DNA of 38,940 nt, taken from the NCBI RefSeq assembly GCF_006345805.1, contig NW_021835736.1, forward strand, positions 1 to 38,940. Direction: 5' to 3'. The DNA is from Octopus sinensis. Lineage: Eukaryota. Shown one piece after another: positions 11,941 through 23,358 of the stretch. A program made the position numbers and the translations under genes. The stretch's first letter is position 1. The number at the start of each line of letters is the position of its first letter. The notes under the pieces are model-generated. The model saw only the letters and a list, made by a program, of their open reading frames with translations, did not search any database and was not told the origin of the DNA.

Positions 11941-12294
11941 CTTTTGTTCTTTTACTTGTTTCAGTCCTTTGACAGCGGCCATGCTGGAGCACCGCCTTTA
12001 GTCGAGCAATTCGACCCCAGTACTTATCGTTTGTAAGCCTAGTAATTATTATATCGTCTCTTTTGCCGAACCGCTAAGTTACGGCGACCTAAACGCACCA
12101 CCATCGGTTTTCAAGCGATGTTGGGGACAAACACACACACACACACACAAACATACACACACACATATATATATATATACATGTATCCGCTCACAAGGCT
12201 TTGGTTGGCCCGAGGCTATAGTAGAAGATACTAGCCCAAGATGCCACGCAGTGGGACTGAACCCGGAATCACGTGGTTGGTAAGTAAGCTACTT
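11941..12294 (-). mobile_element. SINE family A (slightly 5'-truncated, internal deletion)
   Basis: Aligns to the reverse complement of family A. Confidence 0.88.
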
Positions 12295-12370
12295 AAAATA
12301 TATATCAGAAAAGGAACACACTCTAAAGAATAGAGCAGTAATTATTACAACAAAAATTAAAATTTTGGAC

Positions 12371-12433
12371 ATAGAGTTACCAAGGTTTCGCATCCACAAA
12401 GCAAAGCCTTATGGACAGCTCATCAGACCCTAT
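12371..12433 (-). ncRNA. Type I hammerhead ribozyme, complete canonical core
   Basis: AUAGGGU CUGAUGA GCUGUCCAUAAGGC-UUU-GCUUUGUGGAUGC GAAAC CUUG GUA^ACUCUAU. Seven-bp helix I, about 13-bp helix II with G10.1-C11.1, GUA cleavage triplet. Confidence 0.85.
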
Positions 12434-12645
12434 ATAAATACAAAATTTAAAATATCTACGTCTCAGACGTGAGGAAACGCTCAGTACTCGAGGAATACGT
12501 CTTTGCAAAGTGTTAATGAGGACGGGTTATCTACCCTGAATCAGAGGGGAGTGGGGAAAACCCTTATGGACTCGAAAGACGTATTCTTCGAGTTCTGAGC
12601 GTTTCCTAACGTCTGCGATGTAGATATTTTAACTTTTGCATTTAT

Positions 12646-12709
12646 ATATAGTCTGACAAACTGTCCATAAGACTTTGCTTTGTGGATGCGAAACATTGGG
12701 TAACTCTCT
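12646..12709 (+). ncRNA. Degenerate hammerhead copy in the right arm
   Basis: CUGACAA (G8>A) and G10.1>A, with GAAAC AUUGG GUA retained. Probably inactive. Confidence 0.6.
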
Positions 12710-12744
12710 GTCTAAGATATAAAATTTTGTTGTAATATATATAT

Positions 12745-13033
12745 GTTTGTTCCTTCTCGAGCCACGCCTGGCTCATAGGGTCGGTTTCCCGGTTTCCTTG
12801 GCGTATAGTTTCCCCACGTGGCCGGGACGCCGGTCCGTCGCAGGTGAGCTGCAAGATGCGGGAGGAAAGAGTGAGAGAAAGTTGAAGCGAAAGAGTCAGC
12901 AGACGTTCGCCATTACCTTCTGCCGGAGCCGCGTGGAGCCTAGGTGTTTCGCACATAAACACACACATCGTCCGGTCTGAGATTCGAACCCGCGTCCCTC
13001 GAGTCCACTGCTCTAACCACGGGGCGATGTGCC
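12745..13033 (-). mobile_element. tRNA-derived SINE, family D
   Basis: Head GGCACATCGCCCCGTGGTTAGAGCAGTGGACTC...GGGTTCGAATCTC (A/B boxes), body CACCTGCGACGGACCGGCGTCCCG, tail GGCGTGGCTCGAGAAGGAACAAAC (RTE-like by recall). Confidence 0.8.
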
Positions 13034-13045
13034 TTTATATATATG

Positions 13046-13090
<45 letters not shown>

Positions 13091-13100
13091 TATATAATAT

Positions 13101-13134
<34 letters not shown>

Positions 13135-13496
13135 ATATATATATATATACACACACACACGTTTTAGTATGTTGTAAGCATAAATATATAGCAACTTTAA
13201 CATTTTTAAACTTAAATTTAGATTTCATTTCTGTATTATAGTAGTATGGATAAAAAAAATATCAGAACAAAATGGAATATTCCGATAGGCTTAATTAAAG
13301 TGCACCTGTCAACCCTTTTTAATTCTTGTATAGAAAACAATTATATTTTCTTCTATTTTGGTCTGTCCCATTTTATTCTGGCATTTTCATGTTTATTTTG
13401 TAACTTTTTCATCGACACTCAAAACCTGTACTATCACTAACAGAACTTTCACAATGTAGCGCTTTATCTGATTTTACTGGATTTTACCTCGAGAAT

Positions 13497-13590
13497 GGAA
13501 CCCTGAAGAAAGAAATGTTTTTACACAAGGAGCTAAATTTGGACTATATCCTACAGCCCTTTAAAACATTTCTAAAACAGCTGTAAGTTT
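13497..13590 (+). ncRNA. Degenerate hammerhead motif
   Basis: GGAACC CUGAAGA A [AGAAAUGUUUU...AAAACAUUUCU, perfect 11-bp helix II] AAAAC AGCU GUA^AGUUU. G12 is replaced by A. Confidence 0.5.
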
Positions 13591-13644
13591 GGACTGATCC
13601 TTTTTAATCACCTCCTTTAATATATTTTCTACTGTCATGGTACC

Positions 13645-13689
<45 letters not shown>

Positions 13690-13949
13690 CATTTCTTATT
13701 TTTATGCTTCGTATTTTTATTTATATATTTTTCATATTTTATGTTTATATTTTTATATTTCTATATTCTTAGTATCTAACTCTTAATGTAAACATGTGGC
13801 TATTTGCATAGAATAATGCCTCATGTCACACATCTGAATTGTGAATTTGCTTGGCTGAATGTTTAAGACAATTATTTGAAATTTTTATCGGATTCTAAAT
13901 TTTATTAATCTTTTAATCTTTACCTCATATACGAGCGAAAAAGCAGTTG

Positions 13950-14224
13950 TACTATATACTGGCGCTTTGCCTAAATTTTTTTTAGTTAAAAAGGTCGAGT
14001 TGCGTCCCCTAGACAGTCTGTGGTTTGTGTTTCTGATTCTCGACCCCATGTCGAATTTATCGATTTTTTTCAGAACTGGGGGAACTTTTCAAAATTTTCG
14101 CTGCGTTAGTTTTGAATTATGACATTGGGCTATGTGTGTGTCAAGTTTCATCAGAATCGGTTGAAAGCCGTGGTCAGGGTGAGGGTACAACCTAACAGAC
14201 ACACAGAAACACACACAAACTGCC

Positions 14225-14240
<16 letters not shown>
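13950..14240 (-). mobile_element. Non-autonomous Helitron-like fragment (5' end merged into TA tract)
   Basis: Minus strand reads (TA)n-AAACGGCAGTTTGTGTGTGTTTCTGTGTGTCTG...AACCGATTCTGATGAAACTTG, resembling 5' regions of animal non-autonomous Helitrons (recall). No clear 3' CTAG. Confidence 0.45.
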
Positions 14241-14274
<34 letters not shown>

Positions 14275-14300
14275 GTGCATGTGTATGTTCTTTGACTTGA

Positions 14301-14603
14301 AGGTATATGGCCAAGTGGTTAAGGTATGCTGATGATCATCGTAAAGTTATAAGTTCGATACCCAGCGGCACGTTGTACCTTGAGCAAGACTCTTTATTTC
14401 TCGTTGCTCCAATCCACTCAGCTGCAAAAAAGAGTATAGTATTTCAAAGGGTCAGCCTTGTCGCATTCTGTGTCTTGTTGAATCTCTCTGGGAACTACCT
14501 TGAGGGAACGAATGTTTGTAGGGTGCTCATCCATTTGCCTGGTAATTTCACAAGCAGGCTTTTCCCTTGTTGGAATCAACTGGAACCCGCGTCGTCGTAA
14601 CCG
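14301..14603 (+). mobile_element. tRNA-derived SINE, family C (full length, diverged)
   Basis: A-box TGGCCAAGTGG, B-box AGTTCGATACC, CCTTGAGCAAG...TTGCTCCAATCCACTCAGCTG central domain, tail GGAACCCGCGTCGTCGTAACCG. Confidence 0.8.
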
Positions 14604-14658
14604 TTATAGATTAATGATTTGGTAGTTACAGGAGAGCACATATGTTTATATATATATA

Positions 14659-14906
14659 CTAGCAACTAAGCGCGGTCTCACCCGGTCGGTTTGGATGATG
14701 TGGCTGTAAAACCTGTTCTGTATAAGCATTCGACTTGTTTGGGCACACTTATGTTAAAAAACAATTTTAGAATGACTGTTTTCTGTCAAAACGCTAAAAA
14801 TAACTGCCCAACAAAAAAAAACAACCAACATTCAACCAAATCAAAAAATAAACCCAAATACTAAGTGTACAAAGATGAACCATCCCACTTCCATTGCACG
14901 TGAACA

Positions 14907-14940
<34 letters not shown>

Positions 14941-15049
14941 TTCACATACCCCCCTTTACATACACACATATATTCACACAGACACATACGCACAGAAGCA
15001 TACAGTCCATGACTGGAGATCGCACTGCATGAAACTACTGTGATCACAT
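14659..15049 (-). mobile_element. Non-autonomous Helitron, 3' part
   Basis: Ends in a decayed GC-rich hairpin plus CTAG|T (CTAG at 14659-14662). Shares a 42-bp identical block with 17343-17384. Confidence 0.55.
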
Positions 15050-15289
15050 AAACATTCTATTGCAATAGACGGAAACTGAAAGAAGCTCGCCGTATATATA
15101 TGTGTGTGATTATGTGTGAGAAAGAGAGAGACAGTTCACTCTTGATTGCTACTGGTAAGATATAACCCAGTCCAAACTGCGCGATCGAGCCGTCGGTGGT
15201 TAAACCGGTAACTCCACAAAACTTACTCGGCGGGAAGGGTGGTTTTTGAACACCAGTTACATAAACTATTTATATTCCTTTCTCTTTTT

Positions 15290-15511
15290 TTATTCTTTTA
15301 TTTGTTTCAGTCATTTCACTGCGGCTATGCTGGAGCACCGTCTTTAGACGAACAAATCGACCCCAGGGCTTATTGTTTGTAATCCTAGTAGTTATTCTAT
15401 CGGTTTATTTTGCCGAACTGCTAGATTACGGGGATGCAAACACGCCAACAGCGGGGCCAAGTGATGGCGGGCGGGGTAAAAACACACACACACAAACATA
15501 TACATGCATAT

Positions 15512-15547
<36 letters not shown>

Positions 15548-15706
15548 AATATGACAGGCTTCTTTCAGTTTCCGTCAACCAAATCCACTCAGAAGGCCTC
15601 CCGAAGCTATAGTAGAAGATACTTGCCCAAGGTGCCATGCAGTGGGACTGAACCCGGAACCATGCAGTTAGGAAGTAAGCTATTTACCACACAGTCACTC
15701 CTGCGC
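15290..15706 (-). mobile_element. SINE family A (full length)
   Basis: Aligns to the reverse complement of family A. Confidence 0.88.
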
Positions 15707-16463
15707 AAGGTCTTTCTAATTTGGTGCCCAATTTGCCCATTTAGCTAACCACAGTGGGTTGGACTTTGAGCCGTTGCAGATTCAACTACTCCGGGAGACA
15801 GAGAACTCCAGCATTTCCAAAAATATGGTGACACACAGAAAATAAATCCTTTCTGCGGGCAATCTAAGTGATAACTTTTGCAGCCTCATAGGTTAAAAGC
15901 GACGGGAGAATTTAACCTACTTACCTGAAGATGTGCCGGTACGCAGTAGTTGGTTGATCATATTAATACCAGAATGTATATGTGAAAAACTCAACAACTA
16001 ACAACTGTTGGTAATGCACAGAAACAATTGCTGTTATATTACAAAATGAAATAAATCCTGTTGAGTTCATTTTGTAATATAATTTCCTTGTGTGAATTCT
16101 GCAGATATTAACGGATTTCTACATGCATATCCAATAAAAAAGAAAGAATTCCTGCTGTATCACAGCATATCCGTGGAGGAACTTTGCAATGCACGCTATA
16201 AGGTTATTACTTGTGCGCGTGTGTATATATGTATGTGTATATATATAATATATATATATATATATATCGAGACAGACAGACAGACAGACACACACACACA
16301 CACAGGCAGGTGCACATACATAGATACCTAATACATATATACATATGTGCGGCTGGTGGGAAGGTGTAGCTAAGTGTATATCTATGCATACTCGGCACAT
16401 GGGTATATGAAACAAGGTTGACACGAACGATAAAGATATTAACACAATCACACATTAAAACTA

Positions 16464-16559
<96 letters not shown>

Positions 16560-16681
16560 CATATATGCTTATATTCCTCCTTCTGCGCACAGAAATACAG
16601 AAATGGAGAACAGGATTGAATGCCAGAAAGAAGAAAGGAAAGAGAGAAGCAAAAATGAACAAAAGAAAGAAAGAAAGAGAT

Positions 16682-16720
<39 letters not shown>

Positions 16721-17052
16721 TAGAGTGGGGAAAGGAGGAAGTGCGAGGTCTGTTCGATTAATGAGCGTGTAATAATAGTGGTTGAGAAGAGGAGAAGAAT
16801 TGTGAACATTCCTCACATAACAAGCGTAAGGAAGAGAAACTAAAGAGAAACGGTCGGTTCTTAGTGGCAGCAAGATTTTTTGAAGGGCACCGACAAATAC
16901 ATATGCTTGGATGTGAAGATGCATGTATGTGTGTGTGTGTACATACATGTGTATATATGTGTGAGTATGTTTGTATACATATATATATATATATATATAT
17001 ATAATACACGCACTAATGTATGTATCAGGTGTAAATGTGTGTATATGTATAC

Positions 17053-17101
<49 letters not shown>

Positions 17102-17192
17102 TGAATGTGTACGTACGTATGTATATTATGTGTACACTAGCATACCCATGTTGCCAAAAATGCCGACAGTTTTATTAATCATAGAAAATGAC

Positions 17193-17284
17193 GCAAAGTC
17201 CTGGGGTCGATTTGTTCGACTAAAGGTAGTGCTCCAGCATAGCCGCAGTCAAATAACAGAAACAAATAAAAGAATATAAGAATA
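17193..17284 (+). mobile_element. SINE family A, 3' fragment
   Basis: GTCCTGGGGTCGATTTGTTCGACTAAAGG...GAAACAAATAAAAGAA. Confidence 0.8.
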
Positions 17285-17289
17285 CATTC

Positions 17290-17785
17290 ATAGACACATA
17301 CATTTATATACACATACACATATACATACACACAGAAACAAACATGACTGGAGATCGCACTGCATGAAACTACTGTGATCACATGAAACCATTAAAAAAG
17401 CAAAGATGTTCGATATGTTTTCTCGATAAACTATATCTTTTAAAGACCTTAAGAGCCTCTAGTGGCTGCAAAAACTCCAGGAACGAGAGCTTATCTCTAT
17501 GCCCGCATTTTGAAAAATACTACTCGGCGGAATTTGAAGGAAGACCACCGCAAACACATCTTAAGCCATTCCCATTTGATTTACGTATTATAGACTATTA
17601 TGACGTGATGTCAGCTATTTCTATTGTTTTGCTTGTCTGTTTCTTTTTGGTTTTGATGCAACTGACAAAACAGGCTTGTTCTTGGCAGCCTGAAAAATGG
17701 CGAAATAAATTAGTCTTTCGACCAGGAAGCCCTGGGTAGCTGTATTTCACAAGACTTGTGAATTCTCATTATAACATTAGATAGA
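17290..17785 (-). mobile_element. Non-autonomous Helitron, 5' part
   Basis: Begins A|TCTATCTAATGTTATAATGAGAA, a typical Helitron 5' terminus. Shares the 42-bp block with 15008-15049. Confidence 0.6.
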
Positions 17786-17801
17786 TGCGTGTGTCTGTAT
17801 G

Positions 17802-17847
<46 letters not shown>

Positions 17848-17951
17848 ATGCATGTAGTGTGTATATATACATACACAAACATACACACAAGCACATGCAC
17901 TCACACAAATACATATATACACATACACACATACACACATACATATATACA

Positions 17952-18009
<58 letters not shown>

Positions 18010-18461
18010 GGTGTATTTAATTTTTGCTCCAAAGACGATAGTAAAACAAGTTTGTTTGTCCATTGATATTGTCTGTTTGAAGTCAGAAATCCATAAGGTG
18101 AAACATTCATTAACAACCTAAATGAGGAATGAATTGACTCCAACTGGATATCGAAACCGGATCACTGGTTCAGAAAGAACGCTGGCTGTACTCTTTTCTT
18201 AAGCATACTTATGTTTTAGAGAAAAGTGTCAGGTGAGTATATGAATTACTAAATGACAAAGAAAGAGGAGTTTCGTTATCACTTCCATTAGCTTACAACT
18301 GTTTCAGTTATAAGAAGCACTGCATTCTGAGTTGTGTGCTCGTACATAATCTAATAGATTCCTCGGAGCCATTTACATTGCATATTTGCAATACAGATAC
18401 ACAAGCGCACGCACATAAAAACGTAGACATAGATACACACACATACAACACATATATATTA

Positions 18462-18535
<74 letters not shown>

Positions 18536-20046
18536 CATACACACACACAACGTAAACAGCAACCCGCATGAAATTGGCATCATTAATGCTTCAGGCTTGA
18601 ATATGGAAATCCATTTTAATGGCATTTTTTCCCATGCCAATTATCTCTCCCTTTCTTTCTTTCTCTTTTCCTCTCACCCTCTCTCTCTCTCTCTCCGGTT
18701 CTCTTTCCCTCTCTCCCTCTCTCTCTCTCTCTCTTACTGGTATTAAGTCCTCTTTTCAAAAAAACGCACAATGCAATTTGCAGAAAGTAGGAATAGGCTG
18801 CTATTTTTAGCAGGCCGTACCACCTCACAGATGTCCATTGATTGGCTGCTGTACACAGAAGAGTGAGAGCTATGTCTCAGTTTAATTTCGCTTGCAATTC
18901 TAGCCAATTGCCAAGAGGTTGTTGGCCGCACCATAAACAAAAATAATAATCTTTTATTGTTTGTTTGTTTTTGCTGCTAATAAAGTCAAATATTTATACC
19001 TATCATTAGAACAAGGTCAGACGTAAGGGGAGAAGTGTGTAATTCGTTTAATTGATAAATAGATGTCGCCATTATTAAGTGGTTAACAAGTTTGTAAACC
19101 TGAGATTCGCGTTCGGTCCCATTTCACTGCTCCTGTCTTTTACTAAAACTCCTGGGAAGTTCATACCATATACAAGAAATTTGGTGTCTGTGAGTGAATA
19201 CATACATACACACACACACACATGTATATATGTATGTACATATACACTTATATATATTCTATTTAGTATATACTAGCAGAATTGCCCGGCGTTGCTCGGG
19301 GCTGAATTGCTTGAAAGTACTGTTAATGATTGCACTGAATTATGATGATTATTCAGGCAAATATTGATATAAGTTCATGGCGAATGAATGTATTTGTAAG
19401 TGTATAGAAAGCCATGTAAAGGTATTCCTACCCCCTCGTAGAATGGTGTAAGAATTGAATGTGAGGTTGCCTTGAAATGAGCCATGTTATTGTTCTCATA
19501 ATTGTAAGAATTTGATAGTCGTGGAAGGCGATGTAAAACGTTCGCAGGTGAATAGGGTCTCTTCGTTTTGCACGAACGGCAGCGGATGTGCTGTTACAAA
19601 ACTTGATGCTGTGTTAAAAGAGAGTGGATTTCATATGTAGGCAAGAGAGGAATGAAGCATGAGTAAGTAAATATGTGTAATTTATAAAATATAGAACAAT
19701 AGCATCTACTCACCATATGTCAGACCGGCAAGACTGTAGTGGTGCTGATTAGGTGAATCACAATACAGTGGTGGAGATGTTTTCATTGATGGGCGTTTTG
19801 ATTAAATTTGTTGTTGTATAAAATGATCTGTTGATTAGTTTCGAAAGTGTATGTTGCGATCGTGTTGTCGCTCATGTAAACTTTAACAATGAGAGTGTAG
19901 ATGTAGGGGGTAGATGTGTCATGTACGTTGGATATAGAAGATGAGGCTGGGTTTGATGATGAATGGATAGAAATAGAGTTGAGCGAAGGACAGGTGTTGG
20001 TTAAGTGTGAATTAATGTAATGAAACGCCTAGAAATGTAAATGCCG

Positions 20047-20292
20047 TCATAAAAGAGAGTCGTATGTAAATGAAATACTAACGTGTTTGAAAATGATGAA
20101 ACGTAGTAATCCTATAAAACCTCCTTGTACAACATGTTTTTTTGTTTTTCGTTGTGGAAGGAATGCGAAAGCATCACTGTTGCTGCCGACACGTGAGCAG
20201 CCAACATAAAGCTGACCATGAGAGAAACATGGCTCTCCCAAATGTATTCCTGCAACAGACAGTGTTTGACCCTGCGCTTTGTTAATTGACAT
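20047..20292 (-). CDS. RepHel: RepHel helicase C-terminal segment (motifs V/VI)
   Basis: SINKAQGQTL, FSHGQLYVGCSRV. The true stop is probably TAG at 20112-20114 after a final frameshift. Confidence 0.85.
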   Translation of the reverse strand: MSINKAQGQTLSVAGIHLGEPCFSHGQLYVGCSRVGSNSDAFAFLPQRKTKKHVVQGGFIGLLRFIIFKHVSISFTYDSLL

Positions 20293-20306
20293 TGCGAAAC
20301 ATGGCC

Positions 20307-20909
20307 TTACTGGGAACTGGGACCTCCGAAATATGAAAGGTAGGTCTGCTCCTGATGGAAAAGATGCATCCTAGGTATGAGCACAACGTTGCCTCGACCG
20401 CACCCTGTGATAATGGTGGCCTCAATCAGATTGGGAGATAAGGACTTAACGATCAAACGTGTGCCATTACATTGTTTTGGGGGAACCAAATTTCTAATGA
20501 GCATTATAGGGGCACCAACTTTAAGTTTGAGAATGTGTGGTGGTAGTCCGGGGGGCTCAAAGGAATTGAGTACCTCTATTGGATAATTGATGACGTCGTC
20601 TGGGTCAGGAGTTGTATCAATAGACTTATATACATAGACATCCCCAGGAATGAGTTTTAGCATTTCATCATTAATATGGTGAACAATTTTATTCCTCGGG
20701 GCCAGAATAGCCCTTTGGCCAATCCAATCCATATTCTGATAATTAGCTTGTAGATCTGGGAAGACTGCATCTCTGAGATCAGAAGACGTGTTAACAATGG
20801 TACAAATGGAATCGATGGCAATTTTCATCCCCTGGTATTTTGCCTTCGCCAAGTGCAAGGAGGGTGTGAGAAAATGCTGCTGATGTGATATCACGTCGCA
20901 TATGAGCAC
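20307..20909 (-). CDS. RepHel: RepHel helicase segment
   Basis: AILAPRN, PPHILKLKVGAPIMLIRNL, NGTRL. The ends are out of frame. Confidence 0.85.
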   Translation of the reverse strand: MLICDVISHQQHFLTPSLHLAKAKYQGMKIAIDSICTIVNTSSDLRDAVFPDLQANYQNMDWIGQRAILAPRNKIVHHINDEMLKLIPGDVYVYKSIDTTPDPDDVINYPIEVLNSFEPPGLPPHILKLKVGAPIMLIRNLVPPKQCNGTRLIVKSLSPNLIEATIITGCGRGNVVLIPRMHLFHQEQTYLSYFGGPSSQ

Positions 20910-21159
20910 GCATATTGGTGTGAAGTTTGAGAGTCTTCACCAGTGGCCACAATGTGGATGACTTAAGACACGCACTTACAGCATCAGCTCTAGTCCCTTT
21001 GGGAATAACGGGAAGTGTTTGTCGGAAGTCCCCTGAAAGAAGAAGTGTTATGCCTCCCATGGGAGCTGAAGAGTGTTTGATGTCTCTGAGAGATCTATCT
21101 AGTGCCTCAAGAGCACCTCTGTGGGCCATCGTGCATTCATCCCAAACGATAGCTTGCAT
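20791..21159 (-). CDS. RepHel: RepHel helicase segment (Walker B, motif III)
   Basis: IVWDECTM, GGITLLLSGDFRQTLPV, LHTNMR. Confidence 0.85.
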   Translation of the reverse strand: MQAIVWDECTMAHRGALEALDRSLRDIKHSSAPMGGITLLLSGDFRQTLPVIPKGTRADAVSACLKSSTLWPLVKTLKLHTNMRAHMRRDITSAAFSHTLLALGEGKIPGDENCHRFHLYHC

Positions 21160-23162
21160 CGTCTGAAGACTTCTGCCTGATCGGAGCTGTTACTGATGTT
21201 GCAAGTTGGTGTCTCAGTCTTCGCTAAGTCAAGTGGGAGTTTGAAAGTAGAGTGAGCTGTCCTGCCGCCTGGCAACAAAGTAGCCGCAATTCCAGATGAT
21301 GCCACAGCTAGGGCAATGCCTTGTGTTCGCCTAATCTCAGCCAATATTAATTTGTTGACAAAAGTTTTCCCAGTGCCCCCAGGAGCGTCCAGGAAAAAAA
21401 TGTCCCCAGCTTTGGCCCGAACTGAATTAACAACGGAGTTGTAAGCGAACTTCTGTTCTGGAATGAGCTTTGGCTCATTGTCGGCTATGTACTCGGCAAG
21501 CTCGTCAACATTAAAACATGTCTCACGCAGCAAATGTGAAGACAGAGTGTTTGTGCCTTCCCGGTTTGTTGAAGGTAGGCCATAGACCGGCAAGGCACTA
21601 CCGCCCATATCGAGTACAGTATCTTCGATTTCAAGCAGCGCCCTGTTGTAAATGAGGTCAGTGTACCCGACCTCCATTGATGGATGTAGCGATTGAGCGT
21701 GATGCAGGAAATCTTCAGACATATCATCTTTGTAGGTAAGCCATAAAGAGGCGGGATTAGCCAAGTCACACCATAGTAATAGAATAGCGAAAAGCCATCT
21801 GATTTTTTTAGGAGATTTTAATGAAACACCTTCTGCCATAGTGGCGCCCCATTGTGAATCATCCTCCAAAAGTCGACGCCGAAAACAGGCTTCACGGAAA
21901 GTATCACATAATACACCATCAACAGTTCTGATGTCTTGAAAACTTTGTGGGCCTAAAACCTCATGGAGGAGAAGGCGCAGGTGAAAACAGTCATGTTGGT
22001 TTGGAGGTACAGTGTAGACTCTTCCTAGACAACTGTTAAACTTGACACCAGGATGTCCTTCAACATCCTGACCCGACTTCCTACGCACCCAATTGTTGTT
22101 TGACCACACGTAGTAGGACGGGACCTGAGGGTATAAAAGTGTTTTAGCAAATGTGTCAAGTTGGCAAAGCCTAAAGAAACCGGTCAAAGTTGTTTGTTTT
22201 GGATTTGCCGCCAAATCAGCTGCAGTCTGTTCAGTAAAGTAAATTCGTTGGCCATTTTCCAAATGAACCGCTAGTTGTATGATGGCGGGGTGCCTTTGGT
22301 GAAGTGGAAACCCGAATATCCGCCAAAAAGCTTCACCACTGCTTATGTACCGACCTGCCATGTACTGTGACACCTCGTCCATGCTATTGTCCTTTTGAAG
22401 GCCAAACATGGCAGCGTCAGAACCCTTGTTAACATATTTGCATATATACTTTATAGACTTGACTGAATGACAGAACTCCACATTTATGTGAGCGTTAAAA
22501 GTTTTCATCAGAAATGGACAGTACGGCACTACCCACCTATTATCCACTTGATGACCCCGTAACGTTATAGTGAATCCACCATTGTCAGGGTGCATTCTTC
22601 TGTATAGAGGGTATCCGTCGCGGCCGGTTTGGGTCTCGTCCACGAACCTCTTTGGGTACCGTTTAGTGCACACGTGGTCTTTGTGGCATGAGGAGAACTT
22701 TTGAAAACCAGGACCGCACGGACCGTGTACCATGTGTGCCTTCACAATGTCGTACAGGTGCCGGTCAACAGTTGGGTCCGGAATTTCTGCTGCAATGAGA
22801 TCATCAAGAACTGTTGGGTCTATTTTGTTGACCAACCAAAGCAAAATGTGCGCATGTGGCAACCCTCTTTTTTGCCACTCAACAGTATACATGTGGCAGT
22901 TAACAGGCCCAAAAACCTGGCCTTTTTTTATTAAAAGAATGAGTTTAGCCAGTTTCTGCCTGAAAACCCTTGCAATAATATCATGGCGATGACAGTACTG
23001 CTGCCCTGGGAGAAGTTCTCGCGTTACCTCAACCCACTTTGGGTTACATGTAAAGGTAATGAATAAATCGGGTCGCCCATAATGCCGAACGTAAGTCATA
23101 GCGTCTTGTGTTCGCTCGTGCATGTACCGTGGGCCCCCTGTATAGGTGAGGGGAGAATGCAT
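21099..23162 (-). CDS. RepHel: RepHel HUH Rep domain plus start of PIF1 helicase
   Basis: 687-aa ORF with the three Rep motifs and Walker A GGTGKT. Confidence 0.9.
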   Translation of the reverse strand: MHSPLTYTGGPRYMHERTQDAMTYVRHYGRPDLFITFTCNPKWVEVTRELLPGQQYCHRHDIIARVFRQKLAKLILLIKKGQVFGPVNCHMYTVEWQKRGLPHAHILLWLVNKIDPTVLDDLIAAEIPDPTVDRHLYDIVKAHMVHGPCGPGFQKFSSCHKDHVCTKRYPKRFVDETQTGRDGYPLYRRMHPDNGGFTITLRGHQVDNRWVVPYCPFLMKTFNAHINVEFCHSVKSIKYICKYVNKGSDAAMFGLQKDNSMDEVSQYMAGRYISSGEAFWRIFGFPLHQRHPAIIQLAVHLENGQRIYFTEQTAADLAANPKQTTLTGFFRLCQLDTFAKTLLYPQVPSYYVWSNNNWVRRKSGQDVEGHPGVKFNSCLGRVYTVPPNQHDCFHLRLLLHEVLGPQSFQDIRTVDGVLCDTFREACFRRRLLEDDSQWGATMAEGVSLKSPKKIRWLFAILLLWCDLANPASLWLTYKDDMSEDFLHHAQSLHPSMEVGYTDLIYNRALLEIEDTVLDMGGSALPVYGLPSTNREGTNTLSSHLLRETCFNVDELAEYIADNEPKLIPEQKFAYNSVVNSVRAKAGDIFFLDAPGGTGKTFVNKLILAEIRRTQGIALAVASSGIAATLLPGGRTAHSTFKLPLDLAKTETPTCNISNSSDQAEVFRRCKLSFGMNARWPTEVLLRH

Positions 23163-23358
23163 ATTTTGCCGATATTGCGGGCGTCAGTGTCATTCCTGAT
23201 GCCATCACGCAAATGGATGTAGGAGTCTGAGCGCAGCTGCTTCTGATTCAATTTGATGAAGCCCAGTCTCTCGGACTCCATCTTTGCAGCCATGTCAACT
23301 GCAAACTGGTGAAACAGTTGCCGTGATCTGTGCAGGGGGTTGAAATCATTATGCCTTG

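Larger units (their letters stand above)
12344..12736. mobile_element. Head-to-head foldback element with a hammerhead in each arm (PLE pLTR/retrozyme-like)
   Basis: Arms 12344-12504 and 12575-12736 are reverse complements around a 70-bp spacer. Each arm carries a hammerhead core. Confidence 0.75.

Noticed and set aside
14135-14160. CTGATGAAAC on the minus strand
   Set aside because: No helix II between CUGAUGA and GAAA. It is part of a Helitron-like 5' region.
15919-15961. Minus-strand ATG...CAG|GTAAGT (MINQLLRTGTSS) with an adjacent 9-bp hairpin
   Set aside because: A single donor match is expected by chance in 39 kb, and no downstream exon was found.
18190-18238. Possible 13-nt micro-exon TTTTAG|AGAAAAGTGTCAG|GTGAGT
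   Set aside because: Cannot be distinguished from chance without RNA-seq junction reads.
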